DNA from: Podarcis vaucheri
Taxonomy: Eukaryota
Strand: one strand, 5' to 3'
Assembly (NCBI GenBank): GCA_965113315.1
Contig: OZ220363.1
DNA length: 64,000 bases
Shown: positions 37,861-52,800 of the stretch, piece after piece
Layout of the letters: every line of letters begins with the position of its first letter
How positions within the stretch are numbered: the stretch's first letter is position 1
Translations under genes and position numbers: made by a program
Notes under the pieces: model-generated
What the model was told of the DNA's origin: nothing
What the model saw: only the letters and a program-made list of their open reading frames with translations
Databases searched by the model: none

Positions 37861-40800
37861 CTGCAGAGAAAAGGAAAAGGCAATGTTCAATATAACTTAG
37901 CCATCATCAGATCCTGCCTTTTAAATGGAAAGATGTTTGTCAAAGCGGGTGATAAATAACATGCCTTTATGAAGATAACAGCATCTGTACCATAACCCTC
38001 TAGCGAATAGAGCTTCAGATCTCCTTGGAAGTACTGAGCATAGAGACGGGATATAGGCAAGCCGTAACCAAATCCAGCCTAAACATAACACACACAGAGA
38101 CACAAAAACCGACAACAAGAGAGTTAGCTAAAACATGAAAAACAAAAATAGTAATGGGAGGAGTTCCAACTTGCACTCTTCTGATCATTGCACCAGCGCA
38201 AGCATTTTAGCTTGCCATCCAAATGGCCCCCTTCCTTCCTGCGATGTTCTGTGGCCTTCTTGACACACGTCCCCCACCAATTTTGGGGGGTGCGAGGGAA
38301 GGACAGTGGAAACCCCCATCGCGTCCTTGTGTGAGCTTCTGCTAGTGGGACTTGTCTGTTGAATCCCGCCCAATATAATCAACATTTGCTAGAGAAAAAG
38401 CATTCTGTTGCTGGACACAAACATGAGAAAAGGGGAGCTACTTTTACAGTGAAAAGAAAATGAAGACAAAACTGCAGGTAGGTGTTCTCTAATATTCTTC
38501 CCAATCCGTGCCAATGGCTTCCTATTCAGATGAAACTGAAGCTTGCAGTTATTTATTTTTATTACATTTATAACTTGCCTTCCTTGAAAGGAGCTCAAGG
38601 TAGCATACATTTTTATTCCCCATTTTAATCTCACAACAAAGCTGTGAGAAAGACCCAATGTCACTCAGTAAGCTTCAACACTGGGGATTTGAACCCGAGT
38701 CTTCCAGGCCCTTGATGCAACACCCTTAACCACTAAGCCACACCAGTTGGGTCTTCCTCTCCTGTTCCTTCTTCTGTTCAGTTGCCCTTGAAAAAAAGCT
38801 GTTCATTTATCCCTATTGCATCTGCATGCAATTTTCTCTTCTGATAGGATCGCATGGGCATCTGAAATGGATATTCAGTAATTTCACTGTGTGACATGAC
38901 TGGCATTATCAGATGTATAACCACTAGGCATAAGGAAAGACAAGTGGTAGATAATGTGGTAGAAGATAGCACAGAAACTCAGATGAAATGTAAGAACAAG
39001 CAGACACAGGACCTAATGGTGTATGAATTTGTCTCGCTGAACAATGCTCTTATTTGACTTGCTGTGGAGTATAAAAAAATGCCCAGATAAGCCACCAAAA
39101 CAATATAGGCACCAGCTCACAGACTCTTCAGCCTTAAACTTATTAGCATTTAAAATAGTTGCACACCACTCTAGAAAGCAGGGAGCAAAAATGGCAGTGA
39201 GGCTGTTCTTGCCCATGAACTGGAGCAAGTTACATGCATCATTAACTGCACAAAGCAGGGTTTTACTGATGGAACAGTGCCTCACTAGAGCCTGATTTTC
39301 TTCACTGAAGGTTTTTTTTTTGCATTTGGAAGTTTGTTTATACATGCAACAGTGGAACTCTAGATACTGGCTTTAGTTATTAATAACATCATTCTGGATC
39401 ACAAAACAGAGAAACCAGTAGGAGAACACTTCAATCTCCCAGGACATTCTATACAAGATCTCAAAGTAGCTGTTTTACTACAAAGGAATTTCAGAAATAG
39501 ACTGGAAAGAGAAGCTGCTGAATTGCAACTCATTACCAAACTCAAAACCATGGAGAGACCTGGTCTGAACAGAGACATTGGATTCTTATCTCATTATACA
39601 TGACTAAGCCATTTCTCACCTTCTCACCCCTTGCCTTTTCCTGTAGACCTATTGCAGTCGTTAAGAGTCGTCAACAGGCTCATCTCAGCTACCTGCCAAT
39701 CTCCCATTCCCACCACCCTTCTGGGTAATACCCCTCCCCACCTTCTCACTATATAGAAGGATCTGGCAACTTCTGTTTCAGTGTATCTAAAGAAGTGTGC
39801 ATGCACACGAAAGCTCATACCAAGAACTAACCTAGTTGGTCTTTAAGGTGCTACTGGAAGGAATTTTTTTATCATTCTGGCCCATATTCACCATAAGCAA
39901 CGGATCAGTGTATGGGCAACCTACAGCCAGTGTGGTCTAATTTCATGTGGCTCTTTGCCTAAATTCTAAAGAGTTCTCTGCAAATTTACATCGGGCAAGA
40001 GTGATCTGTCCTTTCCTTGGTAGCCTGCTGGATAGGCAAGAAATGGATAAGGGTGGTGAGAGAAGCAAGAAAGAGCAAGAAGCTCTGCATGTACCCACTA
40101 CTGGCTTTTGCCCCCCACCCCACATTACCCCAAAGGAATGCTGCCCTCAACCGGAAAAGCCCCCCCCCCTTTAATGTACAAGGAAATATTTTGTTAACCA
40201 CTTCAACTAACTAATTTGCTAACTGCCAATGCAAGGCATCACATAAAAATGGCCTACATACCAGAGGTGTTGCTCGCGATGTCTCAACACGGGGACGGGG
40301 TGCAGTTGAATACATGTAGTTAAACAGCCGATCTATTTTCCTCAAAGGAACACCACCGCCACGATCACACATCTAGAATGTGGAGGGGGGATTAGGACTT
40401 GGGGACGATTCTGGCTAAAAACAAATGCTGGCATACCCAACCTTACATCAGAAATATACACCTTGTATTTTTTATTATGTATTTAATGTTTTTATATTGT
40501 GCTTTTACCTAGGGGACTGCGCTGAGACCTGCGAGTATAGTGTGCTATACTAACTGAATGAATGAATGGTGAATGGTGGCCTGCATGCACAAAATGTACT
40601 TCTTCAAAACGATTTATAACACTACTCTTCAGTTAATAGAATAATAAAAAGTTAAAGGGGCCCCTGACCATTAGGCCCAGTCATGGCTGACTCTGGGCTT
40701 GCGGTGCTCATCTCGCTTTATTGGCCGAGGGAGCCAGCATACAGCTTCCGGGTCATGTGGCCAGCATGACTAAGCCGCTTCTGGTGAACCAGAGCAGCGC

Positions 40801-43800
40801 ACAGAAAAGCCGTTTACCTTCCCGCCGGAGCGGTACCTAGTTATCTACTTGCACTTTGACGTGCTTTCGAACTGCTAGGTTGGCAGGAGCAGGGACCAAG
40901 CAACGGGAGCTCACCCCGTTGTGGGGATTCGAACCGCCAACCTTCTGATTGGCAAGTCCTAGGCTCTGTGGTTTAACCCACAGCGCCACCCACGTCCCTC
41001 TGATAGAATAATAATAGGCAGCTAATATAAATATAATAATGCAAATCATACAAAACCAAAGATTTCTTTTTCAATGCCAAATACCGGTAAGTAAAAACAA
41101 CAGAAAACCTTTCAATAGCAGCCCCAATCTACAAAAGATATAATCCCCACAAGGTCTCTTTAAAGCCAGGAGTGGACCACAAGCTGTGATCCAGCAGAGA
41201 GTGTCAGTTAGGATATTTCACAGCTGAGGAGGCAGCAATCGAGAGTCTGCTCATACAACCATCCACTGAACCTCAGATGACACAGGGACATAGTGGAGGG
41301 TCTCCAAATGTGGAATAGGGCTTTGGGAAGCTACATATGAGAGGAGGTGATCAAGAAATCCTAGGCCCTGGCCATCGCTGCTGATGAAACAATATTGTAG
41401 CAATGCATCCTACCTGTCTGGCTCCGTTTAAAACCCTGGCAGCCTTTTGGATCGAGTTTCAGAACGCTCTTCAATGGCAGACAGTCCACTCTTGATATTA
41501 CTATGACTGTGACCAGGCCTGTTCAGTTCAAGAGGGGGGCTGCAGCTGGAGAAAAGCACTCAGGACCACAGCTGCCACTCAAACATCCAAGAATAACGAT
41601 AGATCCAGGAGCATCTCCCAGCTGCTCATCTGAATGTTATGGGGAGCACAACCACGTCCAAAATAGGCTGAACAACTCATCCTGGATCAGAAGATCCCTG
41701 AATTGGCAAAATACTCTAGCAGTCCTGTTTGACATCATATATGCTGCTTCCACTTGCTACTTTATGACCAGGTAATTAAAAAAATGCCCATGGCAGGTAA
41801 ATGCACATCAAGGTGAAAATTACAGTGGTGCCCCACAAGACGAATGCCTCGCAAGACGGAAAACTCGCTAGACGAAAGGGTTTTCCGTTTTGGAGGTGCT
41901 TCGCAAAACCAATCTCCTATGGGCTTGCTTCGCAAGACGAAAATGTCTTGCGAGTTCCTGCAGGTTTTTTTCCCTTCCCCCCCCTTTTCCCAAGCCGCTA
42001 AGCCGCTTATCAGCTGATCCGATAAGCCGCTAAAAGCGCTAATAGCGCTAATCCGTCAATGGGCTTGCTTCGCAAGACGAAAAAACCGCTAGACGAAGAG
42101 AATCACAGAACTGATTCTTTTCGTCTTGCGAGGCACCACTGTACTGCAAAACCAGTGCTTTAACCGTTTGCCAGGACTACAAAGTGGGAAATGAGAGAGT
42201 AAACAAAGCCATTACCTTCACAGTTAAATCCTCATTGCCTAATGTGACGTGGACATGAATTGGAGGGTAAACGTCTCGATTCGCATGATGTTCCATTGTA
42301 GCTCTCATTGCATTCTAAGATTTCAAAACATGGAAGTAATGGCCGAATTACATATCTGTATATCATTTTAGCTTGGTAATTTAATAAAACAGTTCCATTT
42401 AGCTGTGATCACATAATGATTCACAAGATTTTAGAATAAACTTGTTCCAGAATACATTATAAAGTTGCTTCCTGCTTTGTAAACATTTTATGAAGCTACC
42501 CATCCGACTTGACTAGTATTTGGTTATTTCTGTCTTTCAAGATTGAAAGTTATTTCATGGATGCAGTGCAAGAACGGGAACAGTAGTCTGAATTCTGTTC
42601 CCTGCCGTTTTAGAATTTAAATACAGGCAACAACGTATATTTTGTATTTTAGATATGAAATCGAGTCCCTTTACTTGCAGAGCAATGCATGGAAACAAAA
42701 TCTGGAGGGCAACTCTATCATTCTCACATGCGACCCTGTGCACATAAAGGGATCCCCTAGGGGTGGGGAATCTCCAGATGTTAAAAGGCAGTCATGACCA
42801 CAGCTGCCACCTAAACATAGAGGAATAATGCCAGTTCAGGCATGGGGACACTTCACTTCTGACTGCCTAGCCAATGGTCAGATATGACTGGGTTGCAATA
42901 TGTCCGGTATTTCATGGAAATATCCTGAATACTGCGTGTGGTGGGAATCGGTGAAATGTCTGGGAAATTCCAGATGTATGGCAGCCCATGTTATTGCAGT
43001 CGTCTTTCCTGATTTTCCATAACAATAGCTGAGAAACGGCAATTTTTGCGACACTATGCATCTTTGGGCAAACCTAAAATGCTCAACAATTTTGCCTGCT
43101 CCCCTCAAAAGGCTCAACAACTGCCTAGATGTTCAGTTTGTAATATGGCAACCCTGGATATGGTAAGAGTTGTAATCCAACAACATCTGCAGACCCACAT
43201 TGAAGTACTAAGCCCAACTCCAGTCCTGGTGACCACAGCTTGACCTGAAGCCCTAAAGATAAAGGTAAAAGGAAAGGGACCCCTGACCGTTAGGTCCAGT
43301 CACGGATGACTCTGGGATTGCGGCGCTCATCTCGTTTTACTGGCCGAGGGAGCCAGCATTTGTCTGCTTCCGCAGACAGTTTTTCCGGGTCATACGGCCA
43401 GCATGACTAAGCCGCTTCTGGCGAACCAGAGCAGCACACGGAAATGCCATTTACCTTCCCGCTGAAGCGGTACCTATTTATCTACTTGCACTTTGACATG
43501 CTTTCGAACTACTATGTGGGCAGGAGCTGGGACTGAACAACGGGAGCTCACCCCGTCGCAGGGATTCAAACCGCCAACCTTCTGATCGGCAAGCCCTAGG
43601 CTCTGTGGTTTAGACCACAGCACCACCCACATCCTATAACCTGAATAAAAAGTTTGCTGACCCCTGGTAACTCAAAAATCAGCCTGCTCTTCTCTGAGCT
43701 CCTTGTTACACTGGCTACTTCCCTATGAGATTATGTTCACCTGACTCTTTTGACGGGAATGAAAATAAAACATCTAGCTGAGATGTGGGACATTATCAGG

Positions 43801-46800
43801 TATGACCAGGAGAACAGCTTTTGCATGAGGGCAAGATAGGGTGCTGTGGCTCATCAGAATACCTATGGAGACCTCCTTTAAGACAGTAGATTGTGTGTAA
43901 GCCTCAAGCGCTTGTCTTTAAAAGTGATCTACCCTCCCCCCCTCTTTTTTTCAGCGTATCAAATGTCAGGAATTGCCATGTTTGTCTTGTCTCTTGACAG
44001 TTTGGCAACAGAAAACAGAGAAGGAGGATCCACAACATATCAGTGTGTGTTTTATACAAACCTTGAAAAGTTCAAAAACCATGTAGTAGAGATGTGACGG
44101 GACATACACCACCTGCATGGGCTGCCCTGGCGATTTTACTGTAAAAAGAGGGGAACAAAGAAACAACAACCAAGTGCTGAACTATCAGTTTTGGCAAGGC
44201 CTGACTGAGCACGACTAGACAGTGTGGCCCTCTTAGAAGTTTACAATGGCTCAGAGTCAAAAAGCTTCTTTAGGCATGCCAAACAGAGCTTGTATATCTA
44301 TCCAGGGCTATTTTTGGATTCCCACCTGCCCCTTTTTGAACACAAGCAACCTCTGCCCCCCCAAATACCATATTATTCTGAAACTTCAAAAATAGTACCG
44401 TATTTTTCGCTCTATAAGCCACACTTTTTCCCTCCTAAAAAGTAAGGCGAAGTGTGTGTGCGTCTTATGGAGCGAATGCAGGCTGCGCAGCTATCCCAGA
44501 AGCCAGAACAGCAAGAGGGATCGCTGGGATTCAGAATATTTTTTTTCTTGTTTTCCTCCTCCAAAAACTAGGTGCGTCTTACGGTCTGGTGCGTCTTACG
44601 GTCTGGTGCGTCTTATAGAGAGAAAAATACGGTATGTTGGAACTAAGCGCATACATGCTTATTTGGATCCAGGTACATAATATTTGTTTTTCTATTTTAT
44701 TATCTGTCTAAAAGATGTCCACTCCCCAATTTGAGAAGGTATATTGGAAGTATACCATAAATGCTATCTCCGTGGCTTGTGCGTCACAGGCCTTGCACAC
44801 ATAAAGACACATCCTCTTTGCAATAGTAACCGCTGAAGGTTGTTGCAGCTCTTTACCTTTTCAGTAAAAGGTCGCACATGGTGTATATATGTCCGATTTA
44901 CTCTCTGCCCAGTGAAATAAAATCCTGATCTGGCAGCATTACAGGGCTGTGTTAAAGGTAAAGGGACCCCTAACCATTAGGTCCAGTCGGGGACGACTCT
45001 GAGGTTGCGGTGCTCATCTTGCTTTATTGGCCGAGGGAGCCGGCGTACAGCTTCCGGGTCATGTGGCCAGCATGACTAAGCCGCTTCTGGCAAACCAGAG
45101 CAGCGCACGGAAACACCATTTACCTTCTACTTGCACTTTGACATGCTTTTGAACCGCTAGGTTGGCAGGAGCAGGGACCGAGCAACGGGAGCTCACCCCG
45201 TCGCGGGGATTCGAACCGCCGACCTTCCAATCGGCAAGCCCAAGGCTCAGTGGTTTAACCCACAGCGCCACCCGTGTCATGCTGAAATGTGTTCAGTATG
45301 TGCAAGTTCCAAGTAAACCTTAAATAGCTCGTTTCAAAGAAGTATTTGAAGAAAAAGTATCGCCCACAGTGTAGCTGTTGCAGTTATCATTGTGGGATAA
45401 GTGGTCTCACAACAAAATGTGCCTGGTGGAGTTATGAACTCATGGGTAGGCAACCTAAGCCCTGCGGGCCTTCTAAATCGCCTTCTAAATCGGGCCCATG
45501 GACAGTCCGGGAATCAGTGTGTTTTCCCATGAGTAGAATGTGTCCTTTTATTTAAAATGTACCTCTGGGTTATTTGTGAGGCACAGGAATTTGTTCATTT
45601 TTTCTTCTTCAAAATATAGTCCGGCCCCACCACAAGGTCTGAGGGACAGTGGACCGGCCCCCTGCTGAAAAACGTTTGCTGACCCCTTGTAACTCGACAC
45701 CGAAAGCTACTTCACAAGGTCACGCTATGAACTTTTCACAGCAAACCCTGCAAGACGTTTCTTTCACTGTGCAAACACAATGCAGAGACCTGCAGCCGCC
45801 CGAGGTCCCCCATAGCATATTTCTATAATGAAATCGGCATATATAGACACATCGTGTTTAAGGCTGTGCCCAGGATACCCGATTAACATTCTATCCACCA
45901 GAGGCAGCCCCTGTTTGTACTGCAGACTGAGCAAGACAGTCATCACACACGTGAGGCCCAACCAATGGAAAGATGAGCACTACTACCGCAGACACAGTCT
46001 AAAAAGGGAGACCGGCACAAAAAAGAGGCAGCGTATGATAAATCCTTGCCAAGGACTTGTGACTTCCTTTAATAACCCACTCCACTTCCTGTCCTTACCG
46101 TTTCTCTCCTCGAGTACAAGTTCTGGAGAATTCATGTAATACAGGTCACAAAGGGTCTTTGCATTTTCATAGCCGTCTGCAAAAAAAATGAAGCACAACA
46201 ATTTTGTTTAAAGGTTTACACTTCGCAGCTCTGCACAATATCCTGGCGGAAGTTTTTTAAAATGTCAGGAAACAGATTAACGACAGCCCAGTTCTTAAGT
46301 GTTCAGGAATGAACTGCTGACGACTGCAGCTGACACCAATTATGAATATTTCTGGCCACAACAACTCAAATTACTAACTACAGCTGCATGCATGCCTTGA
46401 TTCGGTGCAAAGTACAGAAAAAGTGTATAGTAATGCAGATTTTAATTTCCAGAGCTTTCTTTTCTTTTTTAAGAAAAAAAAAGTCAAATATATTGTCCCT
46501 GAGGTTGAACGTGTTTGAAAGTGTGTGAGCAATGTTTGGTAAAATCTCAGAAGCCAGAGCGGATTAAAATTTCCAGTAGCCTTTCACAGCCCCCGCCCGC
46601 GGTGACCAGCCAAATACCATATATTTCGCTCTATAGGACGCACCCGACCATAGGACGCACCTTGTTTTAGACAGGGAGAACAAGAAATTCTCTCCCTCTC
46701 TGCGCGGCGCCCCTTCAGCGAAGCGGCAGGAGAAACAGAGCCCCTTCCATTTCTCCTCCCGCTTCGCTGAAGGGGCGCTGAGCGGAGAGGGAAAGCTGTG

Positions 46801-49800
46801 CAGCGCCTCTCCAGCGAAACAAAGCCAGGAGAGCAAGAGGGATCAGTGCGCACCGACCCCTCTCACTCTCCAGGCTTCAGCGAAAGCAATGTGAAGCCTC
46901 CGGAGCGCAGCAGGAGCGCTCCCACTGCGTTTCGGAGGCTTCGCATTGCTATCGCTGAAGCCATGGAGCCTGCATTTGCTCCATAAGACGCACACACATT
47001 TCCCCTTAATTTTTGGAGGGGAAAAGGTGTGTCTTATAGAGCGAAAAATACGGTACACGCTATAAAAAGCATAGGGAAGTAACCATGATCCTATGCACGT
47101 TTACTCTGTTGTCAGTCCTGTTTAGATCCATGGTGTTTACTCTCCGGCCAAGTAAGTTGAAGTCACACTCTCTAGTTTAGGACTAAATTACAAAAATTGT
47201 CTACAAGTTCTATAATTCAGCTTTTCTTTATGTATAATTTGGGTCAACTTGTTGAGAATCCTTTCCCTTTTTTGGCAAAGTATCACACAGTCCTGATTAT
47301 AACCACCGGCATAACTGACAACACGAACGATGTTAAACACAGTCAACAGCCCGTTTAGACTGCCACCAATGATTTGCTATTACATCTGTTTTCCTTGATA
47401 AGTCTGCCTGATGTTACCTTTTATGACTTCAACCACATTGCACTTAGGATCAATGCTTCCAATGTGTTTGGGATGAGCAGGGTTGACCTTGACTTTCCCC
47501 CCGAACAACAAAGCTGCCAAATGGAAGAAGATAACAAGTGAATTCACAATTTATGGGCTGCAAGAGCAGCAGCTTTTACATCCAGGGAACAAACAATTAA
47601 TATATTGTTTTAAGAACAAAACTGGCAGGCATTTACAGACAAGGACAGGGGTCTGCAACCTTTAAGACAAAAAGAGCCACTTGGACCTGTTTCTGAAGGA
47701 GAAAAAAAAAAGGGAGCCGCAAAACCATTGCGACATTTAAAACAAATATATCTCTGGAGCCGCGATCTGACGGCGGGCGGGAAGGTGACGTCGGGACGGT
47801 GCGTGACTAACGCACACACCGCCCCCATGCGACGTCACAGCCAGTACAGCACCCACCACAGTGGGGAGTGTCGGGGCGCACAATGCGCCTCCTCCCCTCG
47901 CTAGTATCCGCCCCGGAGCCGCGGCAAAGGTGTAAAAGAGCCACATGCGGCTCCGGAGCCGCAGGTTGCAGACCCCTGGACAAGGAAAATGCTAAAACAC
48001 GGTGATCTATATACAAGCCCCTGGCTTTGAAAGAAAACCACTCTCAATTGCTCTACACATACATTTCATCTCTGCAATTAACCGAAGTACTTACTGTGCT
48101 GATTAAGAAGCATTCTGATTGAAATACGGCTCATGAAGAAGCGGTCTAAAAAATACTGCACATTCTGACTGGTCACTGGATCAACACCATAGTGGTCCTT
48201 GTACTCTATCACGCCCTGAGCCATGGTAGGAATGACATCGTTGTGACGATTCCGGATTGTTATCACAGTATCTGTAAAACTGAAACCAAGTGCATGCTCT
48301 GTGAAATGGGTCTAAGGCACATTAAAGGCCCGAGGTGGCTAAACTATGGTCTTCCATATATTGCTGTACTACAATTCCCACGGACTATGCTGACTGTGGG
48401 CTGATGCAAGTCCTGAAGGGCCAATATTTCCCCACCCCTGCTCAAGAGTCACAGCTTCCACTTAACTATTCAGTGCAAAAAAATAAATAAAAATAAATGG
48501 TCTAAAAAAAAAAATAGTATCTTGCTATTCAACAAATCATCCAGGAAGCAAAAATTGAGGAAAAAATTTGAACTTTCAAATATGGGTCTATCTCTGTTAG
48601 CATAGCTGTGATCATTTTCAAAGCAAGGTCCATCAACCCTTGTTATTTTAGACGCTTAATAAAGATGTGTCTACCTCTGACTTCTCTTCATTCAGAATAC
48701 AGTCATACCTCATGTTACATTTGCTTCAGGTTGAGCGTTTTCAGGTTGCGTCCTGCAGTGACCCGGAAGTACCAGAAAGGGTTACTTCCGAGTTTCGCCG
48801 CTCGCGCATTCATGCAAAATTATGTTGCGCGCATGCGCAGAAGCGGCAAATCGCAACCCGCGCGCACACAGACACGGACTGTGTTCCTTTCAGGTTGCAA
48901 ACGGGCCTCTGGAACGGATCCCATTCACAACCAAAAGTACCACTGTAATCTTGAAGACTGCCCTTAACGTCAATGGCATAAAAGGATGACACTCATCTTC
49001 TCAAAGCAAAATAACAGCTGCACACAAAGAGTGTAGAGAATCCGTTGCCACAATATATTCAGATGCATTAAAATGCACTTACCAAGAAACAGCCTCTGCA
49101 TCTTCTGCACTTTTGTCTTTGAAATCAAGGATCTCCTGAAGGCTCTGGACGTACCTATAAACACAATTTCCGCACGGTTGGCCTTTGTCATATATATATA
49201 GTCTAGCTGAAATTATTAGCCATTTCCTGCTAACATTTTCTAACAAAGTCGAGATCATTAACTCAGCAGAATAACATTGGAGAGGGCTAAAGGGCTGCTT
49301 TCAGCTTCCAAATCTTTCCTCACAAGTGAGAAGAAAACACGCAGCAAAGGTACGTAAAAAATAAGTGAAGGAACTTCACATTTTCTATCATCACTTGCTG
49401 TGTCTATTAAATACTCAAGTTCAGTTTTGCTTTTCGTTTTTAAAAACTGATTCTTACCAACTCTGGACGAGCTGAACGGAAGGAGTTTTGAGAAGGTTGT
49501 CTGGAAGCAGACTTATTTCTTTCATTATGTTTGCTAATCTTACTGGCAACTCCTGTCGCAGAAACATAAACGAAGTTTTCTCACATGCATTGTCAGATCC
49601 TAAAGGGGGGGGGGGAAATATAGGAATCAAACAGTATCTGCAGAACCACTGGATGTTATTTTATAAAGGGAGCATTGAACCCAAGTATGGAAATGTGCAA
49701 ATTCATGAGGAAGAAGGAAATGTGGGGACAGAATTTGTAGTTATTCTCCCACAAAAACAAACACACACACACTAATATATGGAACATTTAAATCCTAAAT

Positions 49801-52800
49801 GGGGAACCCTTTTCCTGTGAAGGAGGGCTACATAATGATTCTTATTCTGACAATTAATTTATTACTCACCTTCTAAACCACTGCCTCAACGCGATTTACA
49901 CACAAGATAATTAAAAACACAAAAACAGCAAATGCATATAAAACATGACTGAATCCTGAAAATTTGGTAGTAAAAAACTATTTAGCCAGCTGGGAAATAA
50001 TTCAACAGGAATGCTGTTCTATTCCACAGGTCAGGGACAGTCACATGAAAAGTCCTGCTCTGTGGAATACACAGCTGTTTCTTACAGGGATCGAACCTGC
50101 AACCTTGGGGTTATCAGCACCATGCTCTAACCAACTGAGCTATCCATGAGCCCATTGCAGTAATCCAACTCTGAAGTTACCAGAGCATGGGCAATCAAGG
50201 TTAAGTTATCTCAATCCTGGAATGGTTGTAACTTCCTTACCACCCAAAGTTGGTAAAAGACACTTCTAGTCACCCCTACATCAACTTGAGGGTAATCTGT
50301 TATGGACCACAATCTGGCAGTGGGCAGGTCTCCCTTTTTCTTTCTCTCTTCCTCCAGTGGGCTGCGAGGGGAGGGTCAAATAGCTCTTGCTAGAGATATG
50401 AACCTTCACCTTCCTTCCATTACTCCATCCAATTGAGCTGTTCACCCATTCCTCCCTCGTCCTACCCTACTCCCATCCTTTCGGGCGCATCTGTCACCTG
50501 CCACAAAGAAATTAGGTTGAGGTCTGCATTAAATTAGTAACATTGGTTTCTATCAAAAGGGATTTGGACAAGAAGCAAGCACGTAGCTTTGCTCAAGTTT
50601 AGCAAAAATCCTTATGTACTCTATGAGCAATGCAACAGAAGCCACTGACACTGCAATATATTTTTCTTGTGTAACACTGTTGAAATGCCAACAACACACA
50701 ACTGCTATAAGAAAAACAACCACCCCACACTCTTGAAGAGTGGCAAAATGATTTTTTCATTTCCTAGCAATATCACCACAGTATTAGCTAATGCTCAATT
50801 TAGAGCTCATTCACCACACTTGCCTGATACATGTCAATATTTGGAGATACACATTTTCCTTCACATTTTTTACGCTACTGAGCACTGTAAACACCAAACA
50901 CGGAGGTGTACTTAGCAAAAGCGAAATTATCGCATAAAGTCCAAATTAGTCTTCATAATGTTTCTGCTATCAGGTACACTGTTTGAATACAACATATCAG
51001 CTGCCATGTCACACATGGTAGTGTTAAGAGTGCTGCAATTAGATACATTGAGGCAAATGGCAGACTACAAACCAGATTAGATTTGAACAATATTGCTGAA
51101 ATGTTTTTTTTTTTTTTTTTTATAATAATTTTTATTACATTTTTTGCAGAAATAACAAAGAGATAAAAAGAAAAAAAGACAAGAAAAAAAAGGAAAAAGA
51201 AAAACACGACCATTTCGATAACTCATTTCAAATTTCCATTGGACTTCCCCCATCCCTCGCAGAATGCATTTCTTGACAATAAATTTATCAGCAAATTATA
51301 TCCTTATTTCGTGTGTTTCTTTCTATTTTCAATTACAATTTAAGTTTAAATCTCTTGATCAACATATACTCTAAGCAATATACCATAATATCGTTTTTAC
51401 CCATTTAAACCTTGGTTCTTTCGTAAATCTTATCAAATTTCATAAATAATTAAGTTTTGTTACTGGGGCTAGATTCCCAATCACACGACATCTTATGTTT
51501 CATATAACTTATAATACTTTTGCAAATAGTCTTTAAATTTTTTCCAGTCCTCCTCCATTGCTTCTTCTCCCGTGTCTCGGATCCTTGCAGTCATCTCGGC
51601 TAATTCCATGTAGTTCATCAGTTGCGTGTGCCAGTCCTCCAGTGTGGGCAAATCTTGGGTCTTCCAATGCTTAGCGATAAGAATTCTTGCTGCTATTGTA
51701 GCGTACATAAAAAAGGTTCTATCCTTTTTAGACACCTTCTGGCCGACAATGCCCAGAAGGAAGGCCTCTGGTTTCTTGGGAAAAGTGTACTTAAACACCT
51801 TTTTTAACTCATTATAGATCATTTCCCAGAAGGCCTTCAGTCTTGGGCAGGTCCACCAGAGGTGAAAGAATGTTCCCTCAGCTTCCTTGCATTTCCAACA
51901 TTTGTTATCGGACAGATGGTAAATCTTAGCTAACTTAACCGGGGTCATGTACCACCTGTATACCATTTTCATAATGTTTTCTTTCAGAGCATTACATGCA
52001 GTAAACTTCATACCGGTGGTCCATAACCTTTCCCAGTCATCAGACATAATATTATAACCAATGTCCTGAGCCCATTTTATCATTGCTGATTTAACTGTCT
52101 CATCTTGAGTGTTCCATTTAAGCAGCAAGTTATACATTCTGGATAATAACTTGGTCTTTGGTTCAAGCAACTCTGTCTCAAGTTTCGATTTTTCCACCTG
52201 GAAACCTGTTTTTTTGTCTAACTTAAAAACCTCATTGATTTGGGCATAATGCAGCCAATTTTGCACCTTATCCTTTAATTTTTCAAAGCTCTGCAATCTC
52301 CAGTTACCTTCAATATTTTCTATTATTTCCCAATATTTCGGCCAATAAGCCTCCATATTGGTTGTTTTCCGAGCTTTGGCCTCTATTGGTGAGATCCACC
52401 TCGGAGTTTTACTTTCCAATAAGTCTTTGTATTTTTTCCAGACCATATATATTGCTTTTCTGACAATATGGTTTTTAAACATTCCATATGATTTACCCTT
52501 GTCATACCACAAATACGCATGCCAACCTGACGAATTGTTAAAGCCTTCCAGATCTAGGACATCAGTGTTTTCTAATAGAATCCAATCTTTCATCCAGCAG
52601 AAGGCTGCCGCTTCATAGTATAACCTTAGGTCCGGCAGGGCAAACCCCCCTCTCTCTTTTGCATCAGTTAATATCTTAAACTTTATTCGGGGCTTTTTGC
52701 CCTGCCAGACAAACCTAGAAATGTCCTTCTGCCACTTTCCAAAACATTCCACTCTGTCCACAATCTGCAAGGCTTGAAACAGAAACAACATCTTTGGCAA

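Noticed and set aside
50063-50145. Functional tRNA-Ile(GAT) gene, which would be unusual in a vertebrate
   Set aside because: The acceptor stem does not pair and there is no Pol III T-run terminator; it fits a tRNA-derived SINE head.
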